A stretch of 62,295 nucleotides of DNA, filler included, from a bacterium (GCA_027004335.1; 10 parts of 10 records of this genome joined end to end with filler, not necessarily neighbours in it); one strand, 5' to 3'; positions 11,748 through 22,534 are shown, numbered from the whole stretch's first letter. Notes: a model not told the origin generated them from the letters alone. Translations and numbers: made by a program.

Positions 11748-12356
11748 GCGGTAAGTGTGGAAGAAGGGGTCCCACCTTTTTTAAATCACGAAGAGCAGGG
11801 ATGGTTAACTGCTGAGTATTCATTACTTCCTTCGTCAACATACCCAAGAACAATAAGAGAATCATCAAGAGGCAGAGTAGGAGGAAGAACTCATGAGATT
11901 CAAAGACTTATTGGAAGATCTCTCCGCGCTTCTATTGATCTTAAAAAAATACCAGGAAAAACATTCTGGATTGATTGTGATGTAATTCAGGCAGATGGAG
12001 GAACAAGAACTGCATCAATTACAGGAGCATTTGTTGCATTGAAACTTGCTATTAGAAAATTAATGACAGAAGGTAGCCTGTTAGAGGATCCAATAAGATT
12101 TTATATAGCTGCTGTAAGTACAGGTGTGGTAAATAATGAAGTAGTCCTTGATCTAAATTATGAAGAGGATTATAAAGCCTCAGTTGATATGAACATTGTA
12201 ATGAATGAAAATGGAAACTTTATTGAAATACAGGGGACTGCTGAAGATAATCCTTTTTCTCCTCAGCAGTTAGAAGAAATGGTTGATCTTGCTAAAAAGG
12301 GTGTTTTGAAGCTCATTGAAATTCAACGGGAGATACTTGGTGAAAGGGAGAGATAA
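11748..12356 (+). CDS. rph: Ribonuclease PH (5' truncated)
   Basis: [43 protein letters not shown] and EIQGTAE motifs. Confidence 0.97.
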   Translation, partial: AVSVEEGVPPFLNHEEQGWLTAEYSLLPSSTYPRTIRESSRGRVGGRTHEIQRLIGRSLRASIDLKKIPGKTFWIDCDVIQADGGTRTASITGAFVALKLAIRKLMTEGSLLEDPIRFYIAAVSTGVVNNEVVLDLNYEEDYKASVDMNIVMNENGNFIEIQGTAEDNPFSPQQLEEMVDLAKKGVLKLIEIQREILGERER

Positions 12357-12951
12357 TGAATTCCTTATAGCTACAAGGAATCCTGGGAAGAAAAGAGAAT
12401 TAGAACAGATTTTAAAAGGATTGAAACTGATTACTCTAACAGACATTAATTTCCGGTGGGAAATTAAAGAAGTGGGTAATACTTTTTGTGAAAATGCTCT
12501 TATCAAAGCAAGATTTCCCCATGAGCTTACCCAATTGCCGGTTATCAGCGATGATTCTGGAATAGTTGTACCTGCGCTGGGATATCTGCCAGGTATATAT
12601 TCAGCAAGATTTTCAGGAGAAGAAGCAAATGATGAAAAAAATAATAATAAGTTGTTGGAAATGGTAAGTGTGCTTCCGGAAGAGAAGAGAAATGCATATT
12701 ATTTTTGTTGCGCAGCTTTCTGTTATAATGAGAAATGCTGGACTTTTACTGGAAAAGTAGATGGGATTATAACTCTTTATCCCAGGGGAAAGGGGGGATT
12801 CGGTTATGACCCTTTATTTTTCCTTCCTGAATATAATAAAACAATGGCAGAAATTTCATCTGAAGAAAAAAATAGAATAAGCCACAGAGGGAAGGCATTC
12901 AAGAATCTGATGAAATTTATTCAGAGATATTTTCTTTTATCGGAGGAATAA
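12340..12951 (+). CDS. rdgB: dITP/XTP pyrophosphatase (Ham1 family)
   Basis: [26 protein letters not shown] and SHRGKA motifs. Follows rph. Confidence 0.95.
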   Translation: MKGRDNEFLIATRNPGKKRELEQILKGLKLITLTDINFRWEIKEVGNTFCENALIKARFPHELTQLPVISDDSGIVVPALGYLPGIYSARFSGEEANDEKNNNKLLEMVSVLPEEKRNAYYFCCAAFCYNEKCWTFTGKVDGIITLYPRGKGGFGYDPLFFLPEYNKTMAEISSEEKNRISHRGKAFKNLMKFIQRYFLLSEE

Positions 12952-13750
12952 GCTCTGGAAGAATATCTCCCGCATTCCCTTCAAGAAAGTAATCTGCTGT
13001 TTCAGAAAAGATAGTTCTCTGAGGGTTCACCTCTATTAAAAGAGCTCCATTTTCTTTAGCTCTATAAGGAAAAGTATTGGCAGGGTAAACCTCTCCTGAG
13101 GTGCCAACGATTATCATTACATCAGCAGCATCAATTGTGATAAAAGTTTTAGCAAGTTCTTTCTGAGGAAGGGCCTCTCCAAAGAAAACCACATCAGGTC
13201 TCATGATTCCTCCACATTTTGGGCACACGGGTAAAAGTTCTTTTCCTTTTTTTATGAGAGAAAGCAGGGAACCTTCCATAGCATTTTCAAGTTTTGCCGC
13301 ATAATTTTTCAGATATTCCCTGTCAATCTTTTTTCTATAATTACATTTAGTACATCTAAGAGTGTAGAGGTCACCATGAACTTTTACAACATTGCTGTTT
13401 CCTCCAACTTCATGCAGATCATCTATATTTTGAGTTATGATAGTTACATTCTTACCATAATCTTTTTCAAGACAGGCAAGGGATAGATGCCCCTGATTTG
13501 GCATTGCATTATTAAAAACTTCAATTAAGTTAAGAGCAAACTCAAGTACTTTTTTAGGGCTTTTTAAAAATTCTCCGATTAAACCAGTAACAGTTCCATA
13601 TTTTTCCGGGGAATATTTGAGCCACAGACCATTTTCTCCTCTAAAAGTAGGAATTCCACTTTCAGCGGAAATCCCGGACCCAGTTAAAACCACAATATTA
13701 TTCTTTTCAAGTAATTTTCCTGAAGCTTCTTTAATGAGTTCCTTATTCAT
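12917..13750 (-). CDS. cobB: Sir2-family NAD-dependent deacylase
   Basis: GSGISAESGIPTFRG, TQNIDDLH, HG, two CxxC pairs, RPDVVFFGE and GTSGEVYPA. Confidence 0.93.
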   Translation of the reverse strand: MNKELIKEASGKLLEKNNIVVLTGSGISAESGIPTFRGENGLWLKYSPEKYGTVTGLIGEFLKSPKKVLEFALNLIEVFNNAMPNQGHLSLACLEKDYGKNVTIITQNIDDLHEVGGNSNVVKVHGDLYTLRCTKCNYRKKIDREYLKNYAAKLENAMEGSLLSLIKKGKELLPVCPKCGGIMRPDVVFFGEALPQKELAKTFITIDAADVMIIVGTSGEVYPANTFPYRAKENGALLIEVNPQRTIFSETADYFLEGNAGDILPELIPPIKENISE

Positions 13751-13808
13751 AACTTAAATTATATAAAAATTCTCCTTTTTTAAAAGGCGGAAAAGTAGTA
13801 TCCACTAA

Positions 13809-14621
13809 TTATTCCCGCACATATATTTTTAGATAATTCTTCCCAAGTACAAATACTAGAGTTACACTTTTTTTAAATCTCTTATTCCAGGAGATAACCC
13901 CACCTCTAACTGAGTTATAAAAAACCCAATCAACTTTGCCAGATCCTGAACTCATGAGAAATTTCGTCCTCTTTACTTTTCCATAAGAATCAAAAATAAC
14001 CTTCATAATGCTGTTATTCTTGAAAGTGGAAATATCTTGATAGAACCATGTGTAGTTTTCAATATTCTCTTGGAGAACCCTTAAAACTCTTCTCCCTTCA
14101 GCAATAACAAATGGGGCAAGATCACTGGAGGTAGTAGAAATAAGAGTAAAGGGACCAACTTTCTCTCTTATTAAATTATCCTGCATGGAGATATGTGTTT
14201 CTCCTGGTCTGGGAATAAGTGTGGCAAGTTTTGAGATACTTACATTTTTTGAATTTCTTTCAACTACTTCTTTCTTTTTCTGCAAAACTGGAGCATTTTC
14301 AGGTTTCCCAATAAGTGGGGCAATAGTCTCTTTTGGGACTGACTGATTAGTTTTCCCTAAATAATGTGGAACCTTATGAGGTACTTTTTCCTTTATATAG
14401 GGTACATCAACTATTTGCCTTGGATGCTTAAGAGGTTCTTGCTGAATTTTTACAATTTCCACTTCAACGGGTTGAGTTTTATTTGACATTTTCCATGAAA
14501 AAATTTTTATTTGGGAAAGAAGAAAAAAATATAAAATTACGGTGATTACAAGTGCAAAAAGTAGTCTTTCATAGTACAGCTTATCATTTACCATCAAATA
14601 AATTTTAACCTTTATTTGCAA
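13809..14621 (-). CDS. TonB/TolA-like energy transducer (divergent)
   Basis: N-terminal TM, Pro/Lys-rich linker, and a C-terminal FDSYGKV...SSGSGKVD TonB-C-like motif. Start codon uncertain. Confidence 0.5.
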   Translation of the reverse strand: MQIKVKIYLMVNDKLYYERLLFALVITVILYFFLLSQIKIFSWKMSNKTQPVEVEIVKIQQEPLKHPRQIVDVPYIKEKVPHKVPHYLGKTNQSVPKETIAPLIGKPENAPVLQKKKEVVERNSKNVSISKLATLIPRPGETHISMQDNLIREKVGPFTLISTTSSDLAPFVIAEGRRVLRVLQENIENYTWFYQDISTFKNNSIMKVIFDSYGKVKRTKFLMSSGSGKVDWVFYNSVRGGVISWNKRFKKSVTLVFVLGKNYLKIYVRE

Positions 14622-14654
14622 TTTTTTCCAGAATTACTTAGAATGTAATAGGGA

Positions 14655-15548
14655 ATGAAATTCAGGAAGTTTTTAATTTTCTTTTTACTGCTTTTTTTAA
14701 TTAGTGTTCAGGTTCTCTGGAGTTATGATATTGATATTTTATCTTCAGGTAATCTGTCAACTTTTAACCAGATAATTGCATCATTCACAGCGAATATCTC
14801 TGCAACATATCAGATCCTTCATCTTTCCAAAGGAGAAGATAGAATTTATGCCACGATAAAAGTAGACCCTCCAAAAGTCTTCTTTGTCATTGGGGGAAAA
14901 GCATTGAATTTTGTACTGAAAAAATTCCCATCCATCCCTGTTGTTTATTCAATGGTCCTATACGAGAATCGTTTACCGTCAAATTTACCTCAGGTAACAG
15001 GAGTTCACAATTCCGTACCCCTTAATATTCAGGTAAAGAAAATACATCAGTCTCTTCCCGGGGTGAAGACCATAGGAATCATGTATACAAAATTCTCCAG
15101 CAATTCTTTTTCAAAAATAAAAAAATATGCAGCAAAATATGGTATAAAAGTCATAGGAATAGATGTTTCTGATAAACGGTACCTATCTTCCCGATTACAG
15201 AATCTGATGGATCAAACAGATGCTTTTTGGCTACTCTTTGATCCGCTTTTCCTAAATGCTACTTTTCTTAAATTTGCCATTCTTACCGGAGTTACAAAGA
15301 ATAAAACTCTTATAGGTTTTTCCCCTATTGTGGTAAAAGCAGGAGCAGCAATAGCAGTTGCTCCTGATTATGGGAAACTCGGAATAAAGGCTGCAAAACT
15401 TGTAGAAAAAATTCTCAAAGGAGTTAGGCCTGACCATCTTCCAAAAGAGGATCCTCCTTCAGCGATTTATATTAACATGATTATTGCTAAAAGGGTTAAT
15501 ATCTCTTTCCCACTAACTATTTTAAAAAAAGCAATTGTCTTCAAATAG
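14655..15548 (+). CDS. ABC-type substrate-binding protein (ABC_sub_bind family)
   Basis: Signal peptide, LPGVKTIGIMY, DAFWLLFD and VKAGA...DYGKLG motifs. Confidence 0.8.
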   Translation: MKFRKFLIFFLLLFLISVQVLWSYDIDILSSGNLSTFNQIIASFTANISATYQILHLSKGEDRIYATIKVDPPKVFFVIGGKALNFVLKKFPSIPVVYSMVLYENRLPSNLPQVTGVHNSVPLNIQVKKIHQSLPGVKTIGIMYTKFSSNSFSKIKKYAAKYGIKVIGIDVSDKRYLSSRLQNLMDQTDAFWLLFDPLFLNATFLKFAILTGVTKNKTLIGFSPIVVKAGAAIAVAPDYGKLGIKAAKLVEKILKGVRPDHLPKEDPPSAIYINMIIAKRVNISFPLTILKKAIVFK

Positions 15549-15619
15549 GTAAGGCCTACCCTTGACTTTTTCATCATTCTAAGTTAAATTTTACAGACAC
15601 AGGAAAGGAGGAGATTATT

Positions 15620-15726
15620 ATGAAAAAGTTTTTATTTCTTTCATTTTTTATTTTGATTTTTTCCTTTACGCCTCTGTGGGGTAGAGGATTCCATGTAGTG
15701 GGCGTTGATTCACGAAGTGCTGGACT
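15620..15726 (+). CDS. N-terminal fragment of a probable FadL/OmpP1-type outer-membrane channel
   Basis: GGAGG RBS, signal peptide MKKFLFLSFFILIFSFTPLWG, then RGFHVVGVDSRSAGL resembling the FadL hatch start. Cut by the contig end. Confidence 0.45.
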
Positions 15727-15826
15727 NNNNNNNNNNNNNNNNNNNNNNNNNNNNNNNNNNNNNNNNNNNNTTAATTAATTAANNNNNNNNNNNNNNNNNN
15801 NNNNNNNNNNNNNNNNNNNNNNNNNN

Positions 15827-16325
15827 CATTTAGTCTGTGCTCCTCATATTCAGTTAAAACTGAAACAACCTCTTCAGGTATCCCTGCTTCACTGGCAAGA
15901 TTAGTTGTTGCTTCTATTCTGTTCCTTTTAATTGTTTCTTCTATTTCACTTATAAATTTTTCTATGTTTTTTTCATCTATTTCTTTTTTCTTACTTAAAT
16001 CATCAAGGAGTTGAGATAGCTGTTGCCCGCCTTCATATAGAGTTGAAAATATCTCTTTATTATACTCTATTTTTCCCAGCCGGAGGGAATCAAGCATGTT
16101 TTCCAATGAATGGCTTAATTTTGATAATTGCTCAAGGCCGAACATCCCTGAGGCCCCTTTTAACGAATGAGCAGCCCTGAAAACTTCATTTAAAATATCC
16201 TGATCCAGTTTTTCCCCCGATGAAAAACTTTCGTCAAGGTCAAGTATCCCCTCCTGATATCTCTGGATCATATCCTCAGCTTCAGACACAAATTCTTTAA
16301 AGGCCTTATCAGAGAATTCAACCAT
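15827..16325 (-). CDS. cheA: Chemotaxis histidine kinase CheA, Hpt domain (3' truncated)
   Basis: EFVSEAED and FRAAHSLKGASGMFG...SHSLENMLDSLR Hpt motif. Next to a CheY-like gene. Confidence 0.9.
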
Positions 16326-16710
16326 ATTCCTTCTCCTGCAAATATTTTTTCACAAGCTTTCTCAGGGCCTCGGGATCAAAGGGTTTCACGAGGTAAGAAT
16401 CTGCTCCGAGAGCCAGCCCCTTTTCTCTATCCCTTTTGCTCCCTTCTGTGGAGATAATAATAAGTGGAATTTCCTTGTAGAGCTGATTTCCTTTTATGAA
16501 TTTTACAAGTTCAAGCCCATTAATATCTGGCATATTTATATCCGTAATAATCAGTGAGAATTTATTCCTTGGTAAGAGTTTTAGGGCCTGAAAGCCGTTT
16601 TCCGCCTCCACCATTTCATATTCTGAAAGTTCATCCATGTCTTCCAGAGTAGAGACTATTAACTCTCTTGTTATTTTTGAATCTTCCACTACAAGTATTT
16701 TCTTTTCCAT
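16318..16710 (-). CDS. Single-domain response regulator (CheY-like)
   Basis: VVEDS, TDINMPDINGLE and YLVKPF receiver motifs. Confidence 0.93.
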   Translation of the reverse strand: MEKKILVVEDSKITRELIVSTLEDMDELSEYEMVEAENGFQALKLLPRNKFSLIITDINMPDINGLELVKFIKGNQLYKEIPLIIISTEGSKRDREKGLALGADSYLVKPFDPEALRKLVKKYLQEKEYG

Positions 16711-16781
16711 GATAAAGCTCCTAGATTTTTTCTAACCTTTATTTTGATATTTTAATATAGTTGCTTTGAAGATGTCAACAC

Positions 16782-17675
16782 TTATTGGAAAAGTTTCACT
16801 ATCTCATAGTAATAGTAAGTTTTAACAAAGTAATAGGTTAATGGTACATTGAACATTAAGCTATCAAGTCTATCAAGGACACCTCCATGACCAGGAAATA
16901 TACTTCCTGAATCTTTTATCGCCACATTCCTTTTAAGTAGGGATTCAGAAAGATCACCTAAGATTCCAAATATTCCCAATAATAGCCCCAGAAATACGAG
17001 GTAAAAATCATTCATTTCCATTCCCATTATATATTTTGTCAGAATTGCCACAATAGGAGAGGTAACAATTCCTGCAATTGCTCCTTCCCATGTTTTATTG
17101 GGACTGACCACAGGAGCAAGTTTATGTTTCCCATATTTTTTGCCCACAAAATATGCAGCTGTGTCTGCTAGAAATGTGACCGCTACCACTAATACAATGT
17201 AGCAAATACCCATGTAATCAGGTTCTTGAACAAAGTGAGAAATTTTTGTTGCGACTATATTATATTTATGTACAAGTTCAAATCCGATATTTCTCAGGAG
17301 AATTGAATGGGTCATAAGCCATGCAATATATACAATACTTACAATGGTGGAGGAAATGCTGGAAATGGCAGTCTGGATATCCCTTCTGTAAAGCTGAGCG
17401 ATGAAGACAGTTAAAATTGAAAGGGTCAGGAAGAGGTTTAAGTAATATTCGTTACTGAAATGAGCCACAACAACAAGAAGAATTGCCAGAATATAACCTG
17501 TGATTCGCATGGGCTCAACTCCTTTTAATTCAACAATACGATAAAATTCACTCTGCCCAACAAGGATTAAAAATAGGATCATCAGAGAAAACCATACCCC
17601 TCCTACAATAAGTAGTACCAGTGCAACAGGTAATGCAATGGCAGCAGTGATCAGTCTCTGTTTCAGGTCACTCAT
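16782..17675 (-). CDS. cdsA: Phosphatidate cytidylyltransferase
   Basis: DTAAYFVG, SPNKTWEG, GDLSESLLKR and KDSGSIFPGHGGVLDRLDS motifs. Confidence 0.96.
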   Translation of the reverse strand: MSDLKQRLITAAIALPVALVLLIVGGVWFSLMILFLILVGQSEFYRIVELKGVEPMRITGYILAILLVVVAHFSNEYYLNLFLTLSILTVFIAQLYRRDIQTAISSISSTIVSIVYIAWLMTHSILLRNIGFELVHKYNIVATKISHFVQEPDYMGICYIVLVVAVTFLADTAAYFVGKKYGKHKLAPVVSPNKTWEGAIAGIVTSPIVAILTKYIMGMEMNDFYLVFLGLLLGIFGILGDLSESLLKRNVAIKDSGSIFPGHGGVLDRLDSLMFNVPLTYYFVKTYYYYEIVKLFQ

Positions 17676-18093
17676 TTTCTTCCTCCGTGTAGAGTAGAAT
17701 CTCTATTCCGCTTTCATCCTTTATTTTGTTTATAATCTTCTGAAATAAACGATTTTCTTTTAAACGACAGCTGCTCCAGCCAGGTATAGCAATCATCAGA
17801 ATGTTTTTCTTAATCCCGGAAGCCAACCTTGAAGCGAGCTCTAAAAATTCCTCTATTTCAGTTTTTGAGTTGATCAATAAGAATTTTTTTATGCCGGTAT
17901 TCTTTTTATCAATAAATAGAAGAGATTCAAAGGGCCATGCTTCTCTGACCGCTCTGCTCAATTCTCCCCTGATATTGTTGTCCAGACAGAAGAGAAATTT
18001 TTTTCGGAGGTCGTCGGGTGATGAGAGGGATGTAACCAGTATTTCTGCATCGAAAGTTTCTGGATAAAGCTGGTAAGAATCTAAATTCCCCAT
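17668..18093 (-). CDS. Hypothetical protein
   Basis: 141-aa ORF tightly coupled to nusB and cdsA. No motif recognised. Confidence 0.6.
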   Translation of the reverse strand: MGNLDSYQLYPETFDAEILVTSLSSPDDLRKKFLFCLDNNIRGELSRAVREAWPFESLLFIDKKNTGIKKFLLINSKTEIEEFLELASRLASGIKKNILMIAIPGWSSCRLKENRLFQKIINKIKDESGIEILLYTEEENE

Positions 18094-18503
18094 TAATTTT
18101 CCTTCAATATCCCATCAAGTACACCGTTTACAAATTTTCCTGCATCCCTGTTTACAAATTTTTTTGCCAGTTCAATGGCTTCATCTATTGCAACCTTTGG
18201 AGGAACATCTCTTGAGAGCAGCATCTCAGCAATTGCTATTCTCAATATGTTTCTCTCAAGGATTCCAAGCCGTTCTAATTTCCAGTTTCTTATCCTTGGT
18301 GTTATTTTGCTATCAATGAAGTGTATATTTTCAAGAATTGAAGAAACTAAGAAGCCCAGATATTCTTTAATTTTTTCGTAGTTATCTATATTGCCGTACT
18401 TAATTTCTTCCTGATAAGCAGAGATATCCCACTTATCGGTTAGATCCATTTTATACAGAATTTTCAATGCTTCTTCCCTTGCTTTACGCCGGAGTTTTTT
18501 CAT
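18093..18503 (-). CDS. nusB: Transcription antitermination factor NusB
   Basis: [22 protein letters not shown] and FVNGVLD motifs. Confidence 0.95.
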   Translation of the reverse strand: MKKLRRKAREEALKILYKMDLTDKWDISAYQEEIKYGNIDNYEKIKEYLGFLVSSILENIHFIDSKITPRIRNWKLERLGILERNILRIAIAEMLLSRDVPPKVAIDEAIELAKKFVNRDAGKFVNGVLDGILKEN

Positions 18504-18970
18504 TTGTTTTCAATCTCTTTGTAAAGGTTCACCATTTCAATTGCACCAAGGGCGGCGTCGAAACCCTTATTCCCCATTTTGGTTCCTGCTCTTTCTATTG
18601 CCTGTTCTATTGTGTCTGTTGTCAAAACCCCGAAGGAGATGGGGACACCTGTTTGGAGCATTGCTGTGGCTATTCCTTTGGATGTCTCCGATGCGATATA
18701 ATCAAAATGAGGTGTGCCACCCCTGATTATTGCAGCGAGGCAGATAATTGCATCATATTTCTTTGATTCTGCGATTTTTTTTGCAATGAGAGGAATCTCA
18801 AAAGCTCCGGGTGTCCAGAAAACTTCAATATTTTTTTCATCCGTGTTGTGTCTTTTCAGAGCATCAAGAGCACCTTCTAAGAGTGCTTTTGTAATAAAGT
18901 TATTAAACCGGGAGACAACGATGGCGAATTTTAATCCGCTTCCGTCCAGTTTTCCTTCAAAGATTTTCAT
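18500..18970 (-). CDS. ribH: 6,7-dimethyl-8-ribityllumazine synthase
   Basis: [21 protein letters not shown] and [10 protein letters not shown] motifs. Confidence 0.97.
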   Translation of the reverse strand: MKIFEGKLDGSGLKFAIVVSRFNNFITKALLEGALDALKRHNTDEKNIEVFWTPGAFEIPLIAKKIAESKKYDAIICLAAIIRGGTPHFDYIASETSKGIATAMLQTGVPISFGVLTTDTIEQAIERAGTKMGNKGFDAALGAIEMVNLYKEIENK

Positions 18971-18982
18971 ATTTCCTCCCCG

Positions 18983-19751
18983 TTATTTGTTTTCAATTAT
19001 ATCTTCCAGATTCAGCAGATGACCCATTTTTTTCTCTTTCGTTAGAAGATAATCCTTGTTTACTTCATTTGGTTCAATAACAATAGGTACCCTTTCAACT
19101 ACTTCTAAACCGTATCCATACAGTCCCTTGATCTTCTTTGGATTGTTGGTCATCAGTTTCATCTTTTTAATTCCCAGGTCCTTTAAAATTTGAGCCCCAA
19201 GACCATAATCTCTCAGGTCTGCACCAAAACCGAGGTGGTGATTGGCTTCAACGGTGTCATATCCCTGATCCTGAAGAGCATAGGCTTTTATTTTGTTGGC
19301 AAGGCCAATTCCTCTGCCTTCCTGTCTCATATAAACAAGGGTGCCTCGTCCTTCTCTTTCTATCATTCTTAGGGCTGTGTGTAACTGCTCACCACAGTCA
19401 CATCTGAGAGAACCGAATGTATCCCCGGTGAGGCATTCAGAATGCACCCTTACGAGTACAGGTTCATCGGTGGTAATATCTCCCTTAACAAGAGCCACAT
19501 GTTCCTTATTATCAATGTTATTGGAGTAAACAATTATCCTGAAATGACCATATTTTGTTGGTAGATCTGCCTCTGCTTCTCTCTTTACAAGAAGTTCATT
19601 TCTCAGCCTGTATTCAATTATGTCAGCAACTGTTATGATCTTGAGGTTATGTTTTGCAGCAAATTCTTCCAGATCAGGTCTTCTCGCCATTGTACCATCA
19701 TCTTTCATGATTTCACAGATCACAGCGGCTGGTTTTAGCCCTGCCAATTTC
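18983..19751 (-). CDS. ribBA: Bifunctional DHBP synthase / GTP cyclohydrolase II (5' truncated)
   Basis: [31 protein letters not shown] and QEGRGIGL motifs. Confidence 0.97.
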
Positions 19752-19851
19752 NNNNNNNNNNNNNNNNNNNNNNNNNNNNNNNNNNNNNNNNNNNNTTAAT
19801 TAATTAANNNNNNNNNNNNNNNNNNNNNNNNNNNNNNNNNNNNNNNNNNNN

Positions 19852-20664
19852 TTTCTTCATTCTTCCAATTACAAAATCAACCACTATCCGGGAACTCCAG
19901 CCGTTGGTTAGCCTATGTAAGAAATAAAAAAGCCTTGTCTTAGCACCAGGAACCACACAGAATTTCTTTTTTGCAACGCCTTTCATTATTGCATCTGCGG
20001 TTTTCTCCACAGGTAGAGTTCCTACCAGATCCTTAACCATTCTTCCAACAGGAGAAAGAGTTGCAGCCTCTTTCTCCACAAAAGGTGTATCCACCTCAGG
20101 GGGACATACAAGAGTTACAGAAATTCCATAGGGCTTCACTTCATATCTCAGAGATTCCGCAAAAGTATTTAAAGCACCCTTGGAGGTACCATATGCAGTA
20201 TAATCATGCATCCCGAAGAGTCCGGCTGCGGAGGAGATAATAACGATCTGGCCCTTTCTCTCTTTTATATACGGTAAAAGCACCTTTGTCATATCCCAAA
20301 CACCGTAAAGATTAATCTTTATTATTCTATCAAAAACATCAAAAGGCATATCCTCCATAGGAGAAGAACCTGTTCCTATTCCTGCGTTATTTACTAAAAT
20401 ATCCGGAGGTCCAAACTCTTTCACTGCAGAGGTAAGTTTTTCATTTACAGATGAATAATCACTCACATCAAGGGAGATAGATGAGAATCTCCGATCTCCA
20501 CTGCCCAGGGCTTTCACTTTTTCAAGAGCTTCTTCCAGCTTCTGCTTATTTCTTGCAATGAGGAGGACACTGGCACCTCCTTTTGCAAATCTCTTAGCCA
20601 GTTCAAACCCTATACCGCTGGAGCCACCTGTTATATAAACATTTTTACCTTTAAAATTAAACAC
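19852..20664 (-). CDS. Short-chain dehydrogenase, KDSR (3-ketosphinganine reductase)-like subgroup (last codons cut)
   Basis: TGGSSGIG, NNAG, YGTSK and CPPEVDTP motifs. Confidence 0.85.
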
Positions 20665-20814
20665 CTTATATATCCCATTTTTCTTCCATATATCTTCAAC
20701 TCAATCTCTTATATCAGCGGTGGAGTTTTCATAACTTCTTCTGGTGCTCCGGCTCAGTTCCTTCACAAACCTCCTATCATTGAACTTAATAGGTCCTGTA
20801 ATCAGTGCTTTCAT
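20665..20814 (-). pseudogene. Relic of an NAD-dependent epimerase/dehydratase gene (start and end only)
   Basis: AGGGG RBS, then MKALITGPIKFNDRRFVKELS...ADIRD*VEDIWKKNGIY, resembling the first and last residues of extended SDRs. Confidence 0.35.
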
Positions 20815-20954
20815 TTTATCCCCTTTGATATAAAATAGCACTTAAGTCTTTATTCGTAAAGTGTAAACCACTTACATCCAACGAGAACATTTTTAATAAT
20901 ATCATTTGATTTTTTTTAAAAATTATGTTTTAATTCTTTAAAAAGGACAGGAAA

Positions 20955-21566
20955 ATGGGTCGGGGACAAAAGGATGAAAAAAGAAGATTTATAATAAATA
21001 TTGCTACAAGAATTTTTGCTGAGAAAGGTTTTGAAAAAACAGATATATCTGACATTCTCAAAGAGGCGGAAATTTCAAAATCCACATTCTACTACTATTT
21101 TAAAAGCAAAAGGGATCTATATGAAACCATGCTCCAGGAATTTTTCAATGAAATAATGAAGGTTATCTGGAGCACTGAATACAGAACTTTAAAAGATAAA
21201 GAGGGTATCCAGAATTACATTGAGAGGCTAATAAATACTTATGCTGATTTTGCTGAAAAATTTTCTCCTATTCTAAAGATAATTCTCTCTGAAGCCCCAC
21301 TTATTGACCCATCATTTGGGGAAGTGCTTGATAGAAATGTTGAGGCACTTCTTCTAACCATTGTTGATTTTGTTACAATCTACAAAGAAAGAGAAATAAT
21401 CAGAAGGGATCTTGACCCTACTTTATTTTCATATCTGATAGCGGGTTTCGTCAAAGAAACCTTCAATCATGTAATTATAAAAGAAACTTTCACCATTGAT
21501 AGAGAAAGGATCAAGAGATTTATTTCTATAATTTTTGCTTGCGTCTTTGAAAATCAGGCACAATAA
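20955..21566 (+). CDS. TetR/AcrR-family regulator
   Basis: FAEKGFEKT...ISKSTFYYYFKSK HTH motif. Confidence 0.93.
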   Translation: MGRGQKDEKRRFIINIATRIFAEKGFEKTDISDILKEAEISKSTFYYYFKSKRDLYETMLQEFFNEIMKVIWSTEYRTLKDKEGIQNYIERLINTYADFAEKFSPILKIILSEAPLIDPSFGEVLDRNVEALLLTIVDFVTIYKEREIIRRDLDPTLFSYLIAGFVKETFNHVIIKETFTIDRERIKRFISIIFACVFENQAQ

Positions 21567-22507
21567 TCAGAAGATAGCTCTTTTACCTCTGAAATAAACC
21601 TGTCAAAAATTTGCTGCACCGAAAGATCCTCTTTTACCAATCCAGCACTTTGACCGCACATAACAGCTCCCCTCTCAATATTGCCACTGTAATATACCTC
21701 CGCAGCTTCTGTCATACTGTTTAAGATTCCTCCTATCTTTTCTGGATATTTCTCTTCTTCCTCCTTTATAGCAAGAGAAACTTCTGTCCTAACAACCCTA
21801 ATAGGATGTCCAGTAGCTTTTAATCCAAGAAGAATTGTTCCACTATCACCTGTTTCAATTACAAGTTTTTTTACCTTTTCATGGGCCGGTGATTCTTTAG
21901 AAACCATAAATCGTGTACCCATTTGAACTCCTTCTGCACCCAGAACACGAGCAGCTACATAACCTCTTCCGTCAGCTATGCCACCTGCAGCAATAACAGG
22001 TATCTTTACAGCATCCACCACCTGGGGTACCAGTACAGAAACAGGTATCTGATCAGGACTATCATGTCCTCCTGCTTCAATCCCCTCAGCAACAATAGCA
22101 TCAACTCCTGCTGCCTCAGCCTTAATTGCATGAGTCACAGATGCTATAACATGATAAACTACAACCCCTTTTTCTTTTAATTCTGCTGTATATTTCCGAG
22201 GGCTCCCGGCAGATGTGGCAATAATCTTTACTCCTTCTTCAAGAGCTATTTTAATAAGTCTTTCCGAATTTGGCTTGAAAATTGGGACATTAACTGCAAA
22301 GGGATTGGCTGTCAATTCAAGAGTTTTCCTGATCTCTTCCCTCACATCTTCTTCTTCCAAAAAAGTTCCAGCCGCAACAACCCCAAGACCACCTGCATTT
22401 GAAACCGCTGCTGCAAGTTCTGCTCTTGAAACAAAAAGCATCCCACCTAAAATTATTGGATATTCTATTCCAAAAAGCTCAGTAATTCTTGTCTTAAGAA
22501 AATCCAT
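21554..22507 (-). CDS. Nitronate monooxygenase / FabK-like enoyl-ACP reductase family flavoprotein
   Basis: YPIILGGM, AVSNAGGLG, EAGGH, AAGGIADG and QMGTRF motifs. Confidence 0.9.
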   Translation of the reverse strand: MDFLKTRITELFGIEYPIILGGMLFVSRAELAAAVSNAGGLGVVAAGTFLEEEDVREEIRKTLELTANPFAVNVPIFKPNSERLIKIALEEGVKIIATSAGSPRKYTAELKEKGVVVYHVIASVTHAIKAEAAGVDAIVAEGIEAGGHDSPDQIPVSVLVPQVVDAVKIPVIAAGGIADGRGYVAARVLGAEGVQMGTRFMVSKESPAHEKVKKLVIETGDSGTILLGLKATGHPIRVVRTEVSLAIKEEEEKYPEKIGGILNSMTEAAEVYYSGNIERGAVMCGQSAGLVKEDLSVQQIFDRFISEVKELSSDYCA

Positions 22508-22534
22508 AGCAACCTCCTATCCACACGAGAATTA

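Noticed and set aside
12917-13750. Sir2 protein as an anti-phage defence effector
   Set aside because: It has the zinc-binding Cys pairs and size of a housekeeping CobB-type deacylase, and no defence genes are adjacent.
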